From contig OZ361259.1 in assembly GCA_977018835.1 (NCBI GenBank), positions 2,232,001 through 2,296,000 on the forward strand: a DNA stretch of 64,000 nt, in the 5' to 3' direction. This stretch comes from Minutocellus sp. GHC0000111. Taxonomy: Eukaryota. Positions 13,503 through 25,846 of this stretch are shown here, piece by piece (position 1 is the first letter of the stretch; every line of letters begins with the position of its first letter). The translations under genes and the position numbers were made by a program. The notes beneath the pieces are model-generated. The model was not told the origin of the DNA, searched no databases, and saw nothing but the letters and a program-made list of their open reading frames with translations.

Positions 13503-16500
13503 ATGCGCAACCTTGTCCTCCTTTCCGAGCGCCGAAGGGGGCTCATTAGCCAAGATGAAGTCGTTCCCAATAGTGGGTCCTTCATCATGTCGATGGCAAT
13601 CGATCCAAGTGCGCCAAGAGACGATGAAGACGACTTCCATCACCATCCCGGCGACACGATGGATGACGACGACGTCCCTCCCTCCTCCTTCTATCTAACG
13701 TCTCGGGGAGTGCTGATCGCCACTGGATCTAGCGGTGTGTGTTGGAAGTGCAATCTCAACACCGTCGTGTCGGAGCCCGACGGCGATGATAATTCTCCCG
13801 GATGGTTTGACGTGACTTATGTTGACGATCTGGACGCGTTGGTATGTCTCTCGCGACGAGGCGCCATCGTCACTGTCGAGAAAAGTTCTGGCGCGGCCGA
13901 ACTCGTGGGAGAGTTTGACAATGGCATCTCAGCCGGCTGTTGGAGTCCAGATAAGGAGGTATTGGCGCTGTACACCCATACTGATCCGGAAGAGGAAGAA
14001 CAATCGGGCGATGGCGATGCTCCCGTCCTTCCAGCGCTGATGACCATGAATGCGCAGTTTGAGGTACTATCGGAGATTGTTCCCGAGATGAATGTCTTGC
14101 CATCTTCCTCTACTTCTGTGGCGGATGAAGCCACGGTGTCGATATGCTGGCGTCCTGATGGAACTGCTGTGGCTGTTTCGACGCTGGATTCATCTGACAG
14201 TGTTCGCCGCATACGCACCTACAAGAGGGATGATCTCTCCCTCGTTTCCATCGGACGAAGTGAGGATGGCTCTGGCAAGACTGTGCCCAATCTCCTTGCA
14301 CCAGCAGGCATTGCTTGGTCAGGCATTGGCTGCTCTCAGTTGATTACCTCGGTCCAACGAAAGGGCAAGCGCGCAGATACTCCTCGCCTCGTCGTCTTCT
14401 TCGAGCCAAATGGACTTCGTCACAAGGAATTCAAATTGAGGCCGGAGTCTGGGTGGGAAGAGACGGTTGCGGGTCTGTCCTGGAATTGCAATTCGGACTT
14501 GCTTGCAGTCACGTTGCACTGCGTAAGGGCGGGCGGAAACGATGGCAGCAAGGACGATACAGGTCCAACGATTCAAAGCAAGGTTCAGCTGTGGCATCGG
14601 TCCAATTATCACTGGTATTGCAAGTACGAGTTGCTATACCATGGAGCTCATGTTTCGATGGTGAACTTCGACGAAGAGAGGCCTCACGACGTGCAGGTAG
14701 CCATTCAAGAATCCCACTCGGTTGAAGTGAGGAATTACACATTTGCGTGGGACGCTTCGACAGTGTCGCCTGATGGTACCGCGGCATCTATTGACGGATG
14801 TCTGCTAAATTTCACTCCATTCAAACAGGCAATGGTACCTCCACCGATGTACTTTGCAACAATTACAATGGATGCACCTGTTCTTTGTGTTTCTTGTGTT
14901 CCTTTCTGTGCTGGAAATGTGGGAGGAATCTCTTGGATTGCACTTCAATCGGACGGGACAATCTGTCTGCTCGGGAATCGCAATGAACTGGAAGCAGTGC
15001 TTGAAGGGAAATTGAATGTAGACAAGCCCCAGCGTTTCGTTACCCCAACAGTATTGGCCAAGGTCGAGCTAGACAATGCGCAGACCATGAGACAATTCCT
15101 CGTACTTGGATCCCATGTAAACGAGGGTGGCGAGGTCGTGGTCCGATGCATTGCCATTGCATGCGCTTCCATCGATGAGAACAGTTCAAGTCAAGTATCA
15201 GAACAAGTTGTCGAGATTGCCGTTACATTGAACGGCTCCAGTGCGTCAGCAACGATTGTTGGATCCATTCCAGCAGATGGCCGAATTCTTCGTATCGCAA
15301 ATTGGTCTGATACGGAAGAGCACATCGGTGCATTGATTGAGCTCAACGATGGCAGTCTATTGGAATATGAGCCCTCTCCCGACCTCGCGACCTCCGGGAC
15401 TCTCCTTCCTTCAGATGCTGAACCAATGCTTGAACCTTGTCCATGGATCGCGGGTTTGCACTCGGCTGTCACTGGAGTAGCGAGAGAGTCGGCGGAGAAA
15501 CGCATCGTTGTCGGAATGTCACGTCGGTCTCGCCTTTACTTTGGCGAACGAATCCTTTCAGATGCGTGTTCCTCGTTTCTACTCTCCCCCACGCATCGTT
15601 TCCTTTCCTACGCCACACTCGGATCACGATCTCAGCTCAGAAATATTCCTCTTAGCGCCCTTGCCGAATACGACCCATTAATGGGTTCGGAAGAAAACTT
15701 GGTTGCCCTGGGAGAGGGTTATGAGCCGAGAAATCTTGAGCGGGGATCGCGCGTCGTAGCAATCTTGCCCGAGGCGCCGACCACTGTATTACAACTCCCC
15801 AGAGGAAATCTCGAGGGAATCTACCCGCGAGCATTGGTTCTACCGTTTGCCATGCATCTTATTGATCAAGAAAAGTATAGCCAAGCCATGGAAATAATGC
15901 GGCGACAGAAGATTGATTTGAATCTATTCTGTGATATGGACCCAGTGCGCTTCCTGGAGGGAGATGGTGTCGCCAAATTCGTCACCGAAGTTGGAAAGAT
16001 CGACTATCTCAACCTGTTCATTTCGTGTCTTTTTGATGGCGACATTACCGAGTGGAAATACAGAGTACCTACGTGGTTTCATGGGTCGACTGCCATTGAA
16101 GGCAAGGAACGAGCTCTTCATAAGAAGAAGTTTGACTTCACCACCAAAATCAACCAAATTTGTGTCAAAATGCGAGAGGTCATGATGCGATTTGAGTCTG
16201 ACGGCAAGACTCTCTCAGGTAGGGAGGTCTCGGATGACCACTTCCTTTTGCCGATCTTGTCTACCTTTGCCAAGCAAAATCCACCGAAGCTGGAAGAAGC
16301 ACTGTCCATGATCCGCGAGAATGCTATAGCAAAGAGTTCGGCTCGATCGAAGAAGTCCCCCCTCCTCGGCGATAGGGCACAGAGCTCTATTCAGTATCTC
16401 GCTTTCCTTGCCGACTATCCTTTGCTCTTTGACACTGCCCTCGGCATGTATGACTTTGATTTGGCCCGGGCAGTCGCTAGAAATTCTCAAATGGACCCCA

Positions 16501-17915
16501 AGGTCTACCTTCCGTTGTTGAAGCGATTGCGATCCCTGCCTGAATCTACCGCCAAGTATGAGGTCGACATACGTCTGGAAAGATTCGAGTCTGCACTTAC
16601 TCACCTGGCTAGCTTTACCACCGACGATGCAGCAGAGGAGGAGCACTTTGCCCGCTGCCTTTCATTCATCGAAAAACATAAACTCCATAGATTGGGATTG
16701 GAATTGTATGAGAGCGACAGCATTCGGAAGAACAAAATTATGGAGTCTCTTGCCGAGAGATTATTGAGCGAAGGTCAGGGTCAGGCCGCACTATCAATCT
16801 TCTGCACCGTCGAACCGACAAATCTGGAAGGAGCCAAGAGAGCAGCTCAAGTTTGTGGCGATTGGAAGTCATTCTTTTCTCTCCTCGATGAGAGTATGGC
16901 AGACGATACGGAGGAATCAATACAGAGTCAGAGAAGTTATTACGCTGAAGATATCGCCACAGAGATTGCAGCAGGAAAGGATAGCAGCCTTGGACAGAGA
17001 GAAGCATATGCATGCGGAGCTCGGATCCTGCTCGACTATGGGCAGGATATTTTAGGTGCCATTGATATGCTCATTAAAGCCCAAATGTGGAGCGAGGGAC
17101 GACGCATAGCCCGGTTGAACGGAAGAAACGATTTAGTGAAGAAGTGCATTGATGCAGCATCGTCCTACGGTCAGACCTGTATTGAGGACTTTGAAAGGCG
17201 ATCGGCCGAGTTCGCTGAGACAAATGTACGCTACCAAAAGTGTCTCGTCTTACGAAAGGATGCCAAACGGAGAGAAGCTGCGGAGGGCTTGGGGGATGCG
17301 GACCCCGATGACAGTGGAAGTATGTTTTCTCTCGCATCCAACATGTCGAATACCAGCCTACAAAGCAACATGAGCGGAAGCAGCGTGAGCACCGTGGGCA
17401 GCGTCACTAGCGTCTCGAGTGTTATTACCGCTCAACAAACGACTTCATTTACAATTGTTTCAGACGAGGATGTGAACAAACACAAATCGAAATTCAATCG
17501 CATTGGTGGAGGAAAGAAGAAGAAGAAAAAGAAGGCACCGAAGCGAACCCGACGAAGGATTCTACCGGGAAGTGTCAAGGATCTGGAGGATTTGGTAGGA
17601 CAACTGAAATTCAATTGCATCGACAATGCCTACCTTCAGATTATTGCCGATACAATTTCTTTCCTTTTGCAAGTTGGCAAACAGTCCCTTGCACGTGCAA
17701 TTTTTGACGCATACAACGACCTGATGGGTGATATCATGAAATCTCAGCAAGAGAGGAAGGAATCGACGCAAAAGGAAATTGATGAATCCAGAATGGAAGC
17801 CCTAAGAGAAGGCCGAGACTATGAACCCGTTACAATTGAGTGCGAGGTTGAAATCGATGCTCTCGAATGCAAAGAGCTACCATTGTCCATCCAACAGGTC
17901 TTTTCGTTCATCTAA
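13503..17915 (+). CDS. ELP1: Elongator complex protein 1 (ELP1/IKI3)
   Basis: Starts MRNL; WSPD.E, ICWRPDG, FFEPNGLRHKEF, SNYHWYCK, R..ERGSR..LQLPRGNLEGIYPR, SQMDPKVYLP, basic C-terminal patch. Confidence 0.93.
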   Translation: MRNLVLLSERRRGLISQDEVVPNSGSFIMSMAIDPSAPRDDEDDFHHHPGDTMDDDDVPPSSFYLTSRGVLIATGSSGVCWKCNLNTVVSEPDGDDNSPGWFDVTYVDDLDALVCLSRRGAIVTVEKSSGAAELVGEFDNGISAGCWSPDKEVLALYTHTDPEEEEQSGDGDAPVLPALMTMNAQFEVLSEIVPEMNVLPSSSTSVADEATVSICWRPDGTAVAVSTLDSSDSVRRIRTYKRDDLSLVSIGRSEDGSGKTVPNLLAPAGIAWSGIGCSQLITSVQRKGKRADTPRLVVFFEPNGLRHKEFKLRPESGWEETVAGLSWNCNSDLLAVTLHCVRAGGNDGSKDDTGPTIQSKVQLWHRSNYHWYCKYELLYHGAHVSMVNFDEERPHDVQVAIQESHSVEVRNYTFAWDASTVSPDGTAASIDGCLLNFTPFKQAMVPPPMYFATITMDAPVLCVSCVPFCAGNVGGISWIALQSDGTICLLGNRNELEAVLEGKLNVDKPQRFVTPTVLAKVELDNAQTMRQFLVLGSHVNEGGEVVVRCIAIACASIDENSSSQVSEQVVEIAVTLNGSSASATIVGSIPADGRILRIANWSDTEEHIGALIELNDGSLLEYEPSPDLATSGTLLPSDAEPMLEPCPWIAGLHSAVTGVARESAEKRIVVGMSRRSRLYFGERILSDACSSFLLSPTHRFLSYATLGSRSQLRNIPLSALAEYDPLMGSEENLVALGEGYEPRNLERGSRVVAILPEAPTTVLQLPRGNLEGIYPRALVLPFAMHLIDQEKYSQAMEIMRRQKIDLNLFCDMDPVRFLEGDGVAKFVTEVGKIDYLNLFISCLFDGDITEWKYRVPTWFHGSTAIEGKERALHKKKFDFTTKINQICVKMREVMMRFESDGKTLSGREVSDDHFLLPILSTFAKQNPPKLEEALSMIRENAIAKSSARSKKSPLLGDRAQSSIQYLAFLADYPLLFDTALGMYDFDLARAVARNSQMDPKVYLPLLKRLRSLPESTAKYEVDIRLERFESALTHLASFTTDDAAEEEHFARCLSFIEKHKLHRLGLELYESDSIRKNKIMESLAERLLSEGQGQAALSIFCTVEPTNLEGAKRAAQVCGDWKSFFSLLDESMADDTEESIQSQRSYYAEDIATEIAAGKDSSLGQREAYACGARILLDYGQDILGAIDMLIKAQMWSEGRRIARLNGRNDLVKKCIDAASSYGQTCIEDFERRSAEFAETNVRYQKCLVLRKDAKRREAAEGLGDADPDDSGSMFSLASNMSNTSLQSNMSGSSVSTVGSVTSVSSVITAQQTTSFTIVSDEDVNKHKSKFNRIGGGKKKKKKKAPKRTRRRILPGSVKDLEDLVGQLKFNCIDNAYLQIIADTISFLLQVGKQSLARAIFDAYNDLMGDIMKSQQERKESTQKEIDESRMEALREGRDYEPVTIECEVEIDALECKELPLSIQQVFSFI

Positions 17916-17991
17916 TGCTAATTATCACATTAATGATACAGAATAGATAGTCACGTTTTCTTTGTCCTCTTGACTCTCGATAAGATTATTG

Positions 17992-19224
17992 CTACTCTTC
18001 CTTGGCCGGAGGAAGGTAACCTTTGATCCGTACCTTCTCCTCTTTAATGTATGTAAGGTCCAGCAATCCTTGGGGCGGTGATACAAACACGGCGCCTGCC
18101 ATCAGATCTACTTTCGGAACGATATTAGGAACGAACGGCAAGAGAACAAGCTCATCTCTCCAAGAGGGGCTTCCTGCCCTACCTCGCGGCAAGATAACTT
18201 CAAGCATATCATGGCCCAGACCTGGAACCTCACACATATCTTCTGCCAAGACAATACCTCCGATTCTTCCTACAAACTTTCCCGCAAGAGTTTCATTGCT
18301 GTCATCGGCGGCTTCGTTGTCTCCGTTATTATCATCCCCATATCCATCTGCCAAGAATACCTCCAGTCCAACAAGATCAGCAATCAAGTATTCATCATCG
18401 GCTACATCCTTGGGCCGTTCGGTCTGCCTTGCATACAGCACCGATCCACGCAGTCTGTTCGCCGAATCTCGGTCTCCAATTCCCTTCAACTTGACCAGAT
18501 ATTCATCACCAAGCCGATGACGTCCTTCCAGCAGCTGCACTTCCCGTGGCGATCGACGACTCGGTGCCTTGATATGCCGCACTCCCTTCTCGCAAAGTCG
18601 TTCGGCAAACTGCGTCACAGCTGAAACCTTGACCAACCCATGGACTCCATGTGCTCCGGTGATGGCACCCAGCTCTGTGTAACCGTATGTCGTGGGATCG
18701 TAGGGATCAATGGTACTCAGGTCAGGGAACTGATACTTGTCACGCTCTCGTTTTTCTTCTCTCTGAGCTTTGAGCGTGGCCTCATCGAGTGGAACCTTCT
18801 TGTTCCTTTTGCGTGCCTTGTCAACTTCAATTTCCTTCACCTTGGCCTCACTCTCTTCGACAAGGGCTTCGAATGGGTCCTTTTCTAGCTTGTCGGCCTT
18901 GGAGAAGTTGGCATACTTGTTCTTCTTCTTTTTTCGTTTCTGTTTTTGTTGTGGGCCCGGGCCTGGACCAATGTTTGGTCCACCAGCAGCCAGTAATACG
19001 TTCGATGATGCTCCTCTGCGCTGGCCGACCCATTTTGAGTTGGGTGCGACAACGAAAGCTGATGCTACGTGCTGCAATTCAATCTGAGCGATCGATAGCG
19101 AGAGAAGCAAAATGGCAGCCGCAGGAGGGGCTATCGTCATTGTTCGCGGGCGGCGACGTGAGAGCCTCGCCGTAGGCGATGGCCCTCCGTAGCCGTTGGC
19201 CTGCGTCAGCAGACGGCCGTCCAT
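17992..19224 (-). CDS. rimM: Plastid-targeted ribosome maturation factor RimM (start at 19224 or 19140)
   Basis: Signal peptide ending ..VASAF; GAITGAHGVHGLVKV, EYLIADLVGLEV, LLPFVPNIVPKVDL..PPQGLLDL. Confidence 0.85.
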   Translation of the reverse strand: MDGRLLTQANGYGGPSPTARLSRRRPRTMTIAPPAAAILLLSLSIAQIELQHVASAFVVAPNSKWVGQRRGASSNVLLAAGGPNIGPGPGPQQKQKRKKKKNKYANFSKADKLEKDPFEALVEESEAKVKEIEVDKARKRNKKVPLDEATLKAQREEKRERDKYQFPDLSTIDPYDPTTYGYTELGAITGAHGVHGLVKVSAVTQFAERLCEKGVRHIKAPSRRSPREVQLLEGRHRLGDEYLVKLKGIGDRDSANRLRGSVLYARQTERPKDVADDEYLIADLVGLEVFLADGYGDDNNGDNEAADDSNETLAGKFVGRIGGIVLAEDMCEVPGLGHDMLEVILPRGRAGSPSWRDELVLLPFVPNIVPKVDLMAGAVFVSPPQGLLDLTYIKEEKVRIKGYLPPAKEE

Positions 19225-19810
19225 GGTCGTCGTTGGTTTTCTTCGAAAATGTGCGGCAAACCAGTGAACGGACCACGGACAGACCGACCAGAAAAGAAAC
19301 ACCTGAATGCCGAAAGCATATGACTCACTCGACTCGACTCGCGACTGCCGATGCCTCGCCACAAGATAAGATACGCTGCTGCGCTGCTGGGACGTTGCAA
19401 CGTCGTCAAGACCGCCGCCAGCCGCCAGGTCGGACCGCTCGGAGACCATCGGGTGCTGAAATATTGAAATACATATTCCCCTCGCACAAAAATGAGTAGC
19501 GGCAAGGCGAGCAAGACGCCACAGGCCGCAAGCCATGGTCCCGTCAGGTCCAAGTCAAAGTTGAAAACGCAAATCTGTGTGGTCTGTAGTGATCCGTTCC
19601 AATGCTCCCGAATGTACAAGGGTAAGTGAAAAAGGACGATGAGAAAGAATGGGCTTGGCTTACTCATGCAATAGGTAGATGAATGCAATGTTCGTGTGCG
19701 ATCTGATCATGCCTCGGTGGCGCCCAACAGCAATGTATTGTGCTCATCCACGACCATCATTCTTCACATGTAAACCCACAGGATCAAAGTGGGCATGCTG
19801 GAATTGCCGA

Positions 19811-21372
19811 ATGTCGAGCGAGGCCCTGGAGCGTGGATATACGTGCCCCATTACCAACTGCATCATGTTCTCGCCCACAATAGCAAGCGACGGGCATACA
19901 TATGAACTGCACGCTATCCAAGTTTGGGTCGCCACTGCCCTGGACAATGACAAGCAGCCCCTCAGCCCTACGACCGGCCTTCCCCTGACCAATCTCGTCT
20001 TACGTCCCAATGTCGAGCTTCTGCGCGAGATTGAGAAGTTTGTTATCAAGAACAAGCTGCAGCAGCATCCCGATCGTGTCCAACCTCCCTCGGCTGCTGA
20101 TATCGAGAAGCGTCAGAAGGACGTCTCGGAACAGGCTGCCGAATGGCTGGTCGAGGCCACACCTGGCAAGCAAATGAACCAGCAGGGGACGGATATGGGA
20201 GAATATGCCACCTTGTCTGCCCAGCGACGCAAGGAGGAGATCGCATCGGGTGCTGACCTTACCCTTGCAGTTAGATCCGCTAGAAGTCTTGCCGATCTCC
20301 TGCGTCAGCTCGACTGTGTTCATCGCAAAGATACTCTCGCAGAAGCCATCGGCAATGCGGTCGATTATCTATCTCCAGATATCTTTGAGGACTGCTTCTA
20401 CATTTGTAGGGAACGCAATCGCATTGTTCACGAGAGCAGTGCTGGTGATGAGCTGACAGATGTCCAGAGATTCCGCAGTGCTGTCCGCCGTGCTACTCGT
20501 GAGATCCAGGTCCAGATCGATATTCAGAACAGCTACTATTCTCCGACTGCCAACCCGACGTCAAGTGCTACCGGTACTACTACCCGTGCATCGGCCCCCC
20601 AAAACATCGGCAATGGTAGCAACATTGATGTTGTTTCGATACCCGCACTGTTCGCCCTGTTTCACCTTCCATTACTGCGAATGCTGCAACGATTGCGCAG
20701 GTGCTAAGAAGTCTTGCCACACCAGGTCCAGGTTCGTCCTCAAGCCGTACTACGTCGCCGCCCTCATTCATCAGGACCTTCAATTATGGAGTGTCTCTGT
20801 TCACCCAAGGCAAGTATGATGAGGCAGTAAAGACGCTATCGGACTTTGTTCAAAAGGTTGACGATAAGGTCTATCCGAATCGGCGGCAGAATGCATTGCT
20901 TTACATTGAGAAAGCAAAGACTCGACCTGCCGATCTGAAACTCGCCAATGATGCCTTTGCTCAAGGCGACAAGGTCGAAGCATTCAAGCATTACAAAGAG
21001 CTTGTCTACGGCAAGAACAAAGTCCTCTTTGAGGAGGACTGCTACGTGATGGTTGTTCATCGTCTTGCTCTTTGTTGCGATACCGAGAGCAGCATTACGG
21101 TGATCTCTTTGGCTATAGAGAAGGAGCCGACCAACTACCACGCACTGCGTTGTCGTGGCCACGCCTATGTGCAAATGGAAAACTATCAGAGCGCCAAGGC
21201 CGACTTCGAAGTGATTGTCGCGAACCATAACTATCAGGGATCTGACACCTTCGCCAAGGTTCTGGAGGATCTGGAGACATGCCGCACCAAGACAGATCCG
21301 CAGTACAAAGTCGGGCATCTTGATAAGGATGAGATTGACGAGCTCATGGCAAAGTTTGGACTTGAGGACTAG
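19811..21372 (+). CDS. U-box + TPR protein (putative E3 ligase), frame break near 20630
   Basis: U-box CPIT..IM..P.IASDGHTYE..AI..W..SPTTG..L.PN. The TPR-like part (20701-21372) is in another frame, and I found no frame-restoring intron. Confidence 0.65.
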
Positions 21373-21475
21373 CTAGACTAGACCATTCGTGTATACTATC
21401 TATTTAGAAATTAGACAGCAATACAATAGGTAGCAACATTTTTATTAGCGCGAAAATAGCGTAGCAGATTTGGCA

Positions 21476-22783
21476 TCATTTCGGTACATGAACACGGCTT
21501 AGCCACATGACGCCGAGAAGACCGATGGATGCAGAACAAAGCCAACCGGTAATATCTTTAGCCCCCGTCACCTCTCCATAATAAAACAAACCCCAGAGCC
21601 CAGATATTAGCATACTGGCCTGAATAACGGACTGGCCAACGCCCAGACCAAGCGTCGTGACGGCCATGATGCCGGCAATGTTACCGATGGACCATAACGA
21701 CCCGGCAAGGCAACCTGGAACGGCCATATCCTTTACATGAAATGGTGGCAAAGCATTGTAACCATCCAATAGACTCCCTTCTATAAACGAGCTGTAGATG
21801 AATCGTGCCAACCAAAAAGTCACTGTGGCAGTCAGAGCTCCGATGCCCTGACTTATGACGAATTGTAATCCCTGATACGACGGACCGGCACATTTCAATG
21901 GCATGAGAATCGACCCCGCAAGCAGACCATTGTTGATCGCAGCCAGGACGCCGAGCTGATATTTTGTTAGGCCAATAATGCGGCTGGCTTCGGGGGGCAA
22001 CTCATTCACTCGTATACTTCCATATCGCACAAGATCTCTGCTGTTGATATCTCGTTGCTGATATGGCTTGTTCCTCGAATTTCCCTCTGATGACAATTTG
22101 GACACGGGTTCTTTTGGGGAATTGGATTGCTTCCTTTCTATACTCTCGTCATCACAATTATCCGCAGTTGCCTGACCATTCTTTGGGAACAAAGGTGTGG
22201 ATTCTCCAGCAGTATCATTACTTTGATGATTGCTCCCACTCTCATCAGCACCAGCACCAGCATACGGCAACGAATAGCCCAACTTTGGGCTGTCCTTTGC
22301 TTGCCGGCGATTCTTCTTGGGCGAAGAGAAGTAACTCATGCCAACAAGGCCCACCATGAGCAGCAATACTGCTCCACAAGCGGCCCCTACGGAGGATACA
22401 TTTTCCGAGAACACGACGACACCCCACGTCATCGACACGGCCACAATTACGCAGGACCATACGCCCTGACTGACGGCAAGGCCAGCACTTCTAACTGCAT
22501 AGACCCCCGAGATGCCACCGGGAACCCAGCAAAATCCAGACACTATGCCCCACGGTGTAAAGGTGAAGTCAACCCCAAGCAGTAGGACCGACCAAGATAC
22601 GGCGAATGCCGTCAGGGTGCGGTAGGTTTGGAAGACAAGCGGATCCACTGGGATGGACTGGAGCTTTCGCGATTTGACCGGCACCGAGTATGACCCGAAC
22701 ATGAACAGAGAGAGGAGGGCGCATGCCCAACCGCAAGCCTCGCCGCAGACGCCGGCTCCGGCTGCCGCCCATTCCGCCATCAT
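21476..22783 (-). CDS. TMEM144-like DMT-superfamily transporter
   Basis: FGSYSVPVK..DPLVFQ..FTPWGIVSG..W..GLAVSQGVW; G.LWSIGN..SGLWGLFYYGE; about 10 TM segments. Confidence 0.8.
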   Translation of the reverse strand: MMAEWAAAGAGVCGEACGWACALLSLFMFGSYSVPVKSRKLQSIPVDPLVFQTYRTLTAFAVSWSVLLLGVDFTFTPWGIVSGFCWVPGGISGVYAVRSAGLAVSQGVWSCVIVAVSMTWGVVVFSENVSSVGAACGAVLLLMVGLVGMSYFSSPKKNRRQAKDSPKLGYSLPYAGAGADESGSNHQSNDTAGESTPLFPKNGQATADNCDDESIERKQSNSPKEPVSKLSSEGNSRNKPYQQRDINSRDLVRYGSIRVNELPPEASRIIGLTKYQLGVLAAINNGLLAGSILMPLKCAGPSYQGLQFVISQGIGALTATVTFWLARFIYSSFIEGSLLDGYNALPPFHVKDMAVPGCLAGSLWSIGNIAGIMAVTTLGLGVGQSVIQASMLISGLWGLFYYGEVTGAKDITGWLCSASIGLLGVMWLSRVHVPK

Positions 22784-23220
22784 GGTGGCAAAGGTAGAAT
22801 GCAGGATATGCAGCTCAAGCGCTGAAAGTAGGTCAACTTCGTCGGATAGACCTTCCTGTTGAGAGAGTGATCATCACTTGACTTGAGGCTTGACACTTGC
22901 AATCTCTTGCTGCTTGCTGCGCTGATGAGAAGTCGGAAAGATGTGAAGCACCATTCAGCAACCTTGCCGGCCAACCACTGCAATGATCAGCGCAGCGAGT
23001 GCGTCGGTTCGTTGCGTATCTTCCTCACATCATGTGTGGCGGCTGCGCGCGCTCTGCTTCGAGATGACGTAAAAACATACGGCCGCGTACGTACGTCGCT
23101 TCAGCTTCGCTCTTGCTTTGCCAAAAATGAGAGCAACAGCATTTTTCGCTACTTTCACTCTCACAATTCCAAGCAACGATCTGTTCCAAAAGCAAAAAAG
23201 ATACCGACAATATTTCCACC

Positions 23221-25562
23221 ATGAACGCACCCACTACCCCTCACAACGTCGTCACCAGCACCGAAGCGTCGTCTCAGCCACCGTCGCTGGCCCCGTCTCC
23301 CGTTCTGGACGCCGACATGGCCGTCGTATCTTCCGTATCTTTTGGAACGTCGACTGGCGCCGCTGGCGGTTCAACGACGACCACCGAGATGGAGGTCGAA
23401 GATACTGTCGCCACCGAGACCGCCAACACGCTCCCAACCAACAGTATCTACTGCATAGTACTTCGACTTCGCCGTCCACTTTCAATCCCGCCTCGTGGAC
23501 CGGCCAGATCATCAACAGCGGTGGCATCGATCCTCATCCTACATTGATGGCACAGAATCAGCCCACGCCGACGACAGCTGCCGCTGCTGCATTCTCAACC
23601 CCCTCCCTCATCCGGGACGGACCTCCCTCTGTCGATGCCGATTCCAACCATCTTCTGCGTTCGGCTACTCTGTACGCGTCTCCGGATCTGGCGGCCCTGA
23701 CGGCCATTGCCACTACTACGACGTCTACTTTGAACACCAACCACAACAATGCAGCGACGCCATCGACCACGACGATGATGAATGCAGCCACCGCTGTCGC
23801 TCCCACCAACGATGTGGCCGCCGCCTCCGGATACGGTCTAGGATATGGTTACGGCTATGGATTTGGATATCATGGGTATTACACCCCTTCCGCTGCTGCT
23901 GCTGCCCACGCCACGTCGTCCATGCCTGCTGCCACCGCTGCGAACCTTCCCCCAACGACCATCGACGGCCGCATCGTCGGTGCCGCCACGTCCCGGGACG
24001 ATCTGCCCCCCACGGGCACCTCCCCACCCCTCCCCACTCCTCTGCCGATGTCGGCTCCCCGTCATCTCCGTCATCCTGGCATGTTTGCCGGAACTCCCAT
24101 TGGGGACGGTGCTGGCATCAGCCGCAGCTTCTTCACTCCCGGTGGCAACTTTGCCAACCTGTACGCCCCATCGGTGGAAGATACAACAGATCCTGCGGCT
24201 ACTATGGCGAGCAATATGGTGGGGACGAGCAACCCGTTCGGTCTCTCGATGGCCAACTATGATCCCACTGCCGGTCAGCTGCAGGGTGGTCAGCAGCAGC
24301 CTCGGCTGAATCATCCTGGCGCTCCATCCTCCCTCACGGTGGCGGCCATCAACGCATCCCAGAGGCAGGTGAGATACTTGCATTGTATTCATTTACATTC
24401 TTTTTGTCCATTTTGGCCTATGTTTCATCTATATCTGTACATCTTATACTTGCTCGCATCTCACCACAGTATCTTTCATTTGCCAATCGTTATTCGTTCA
24501 CCCACGTACTAATAGGTCCAGCCCGCAACAGGTCTCCAGATGGCAGCGATGGCAGCTCCTTCCAACACCACCGCCAATGCACCTGCCGCCAATACCGAGA
24601 CTACGATTTCTGCTGATGCAGCGAAGACAATGTCCGACACTGTCGCAGCAGCTGCGATCGCCCAGATCGAGGCCGAGATGGAGGCCGAGAAGCAGCAGCA
24701 GGAGGATTCTACCGGTACTGCTGCCAAGAAGAAGAAGGCCACCAAGAAGAAGAGAAGTGGACATGGGGCTGATTCCAAGGCCAAGAAGCCCAAGACCACC
24801 AGGAAGCCCCGTCCCCTTCCTACTTCAAGCAAGCGCCCCGCTGGTTCTGCTGCAGCTGCCACGACTGTTCCCGTTGGTGATGGCAAAACTACCAGGCGTT
24901 ACGGATCATCTCGCGTTTCTGATGGCGGGCCCCGCCCCTTCACCCAGGAGGAGAAGGATGCCACGACATGCAAATGTCCGAACTCGCAGTGCCTGAAGCT
25001 GTATTGCGTCTGCTTTAAGACCGGCGAAGTGTGCAAGGACGACTGCAAGTGCAAGTCCTGCGGCAATACAGCTTCGAACTCCAAGCGTCAAGGTATCATC
25101 GATGAGATCCTGGCTCGCAAGCCCGAGGCCTTCATGCTTGGAGCGGCACCCAAGGACCCCTGTCACTGTAAGAAAAACAAGCGCTTGAAGTTGTACTGGT
25201 AAGTAATTTTGGATGTGTTAGGAAAAGATTGGAATCGCACGATGAAATTATGGAAGCTTTGCTCAACTCACCAACTCCTTTTTTCTTCTATTTATTTCAG
25301 CGCCTGCTTCAAGGCGGGGATCGATTGCAGCGATGAATGTAGCTGTACGGATTGTGCCAACATCACCATCGGAAACGATGATGATACCAAGCCGGCGGCT
25401 GAGCCCGCTGCTGGCACCCTCGAGGCTGCACCTGCCGCGCCGAAGGCAATCACTCCAAGGGACGCTCCTCAGGTGATGGAGCCAGCCAAGGCCGCCGACA
25501 AGATCGACGTTACACCTGACTCCATCTACCACCCTGTCATTTCCGAGCATGCCGCGGTCTAA
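23221..25562 (+). CDS. Tesmin/TSO1/LIN54-like CXC-domain protein, frameshift near 23445
   Basis: CXC1 CKCPNSQCLKLYCVCF..C.C..C.N, hinge RKPEAF, CXC2 CHCKKNKRLKLYCACF..C.C..C.N. Introns 24369-24515 and 25199-25300. Confidence 0.8.
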
Positions 25563-25846
25563 GCTTTTGACGAGGAGATAGATGTTGAAGCTGGGGGGCG
25601 TCGCGAATGTCGACGAGGAACATTCAAGTACCAGCAGCTCCTGGCGGAGGGCGCAAAGAGCGCCTTTGCAGTCTGTTTGGAGCGCGGATGTTCGATTCAA
25701 ATCCACAAAAATACAAATAAGAATAGAGAGTGATACTTTTGCTATTTGGTATGACAATCGTTAATTCGAGTAGGTTGGTTCCTAGGAAGAATCGCCGGAA
25801 TCGTACCCGGCCGGCGTTTCTGACAAGCAAGACTCATCCCAGCCAA

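Noticed and set aside
20616..20700. Possible GT..AG intron joining the U-box and TPR parts
   Set aside because: The donor is weak and splicing would land in the wrong frame.
23118..23220. Upstream ATG making a 464-aa CXC exon without a frameshift
   Set aside because: That frame gives an Arg/His-rich off-frame-looking N-terminus, whereas ATG 23221 matches the Thr/Ala composition of the rest. It is not fully excluded.
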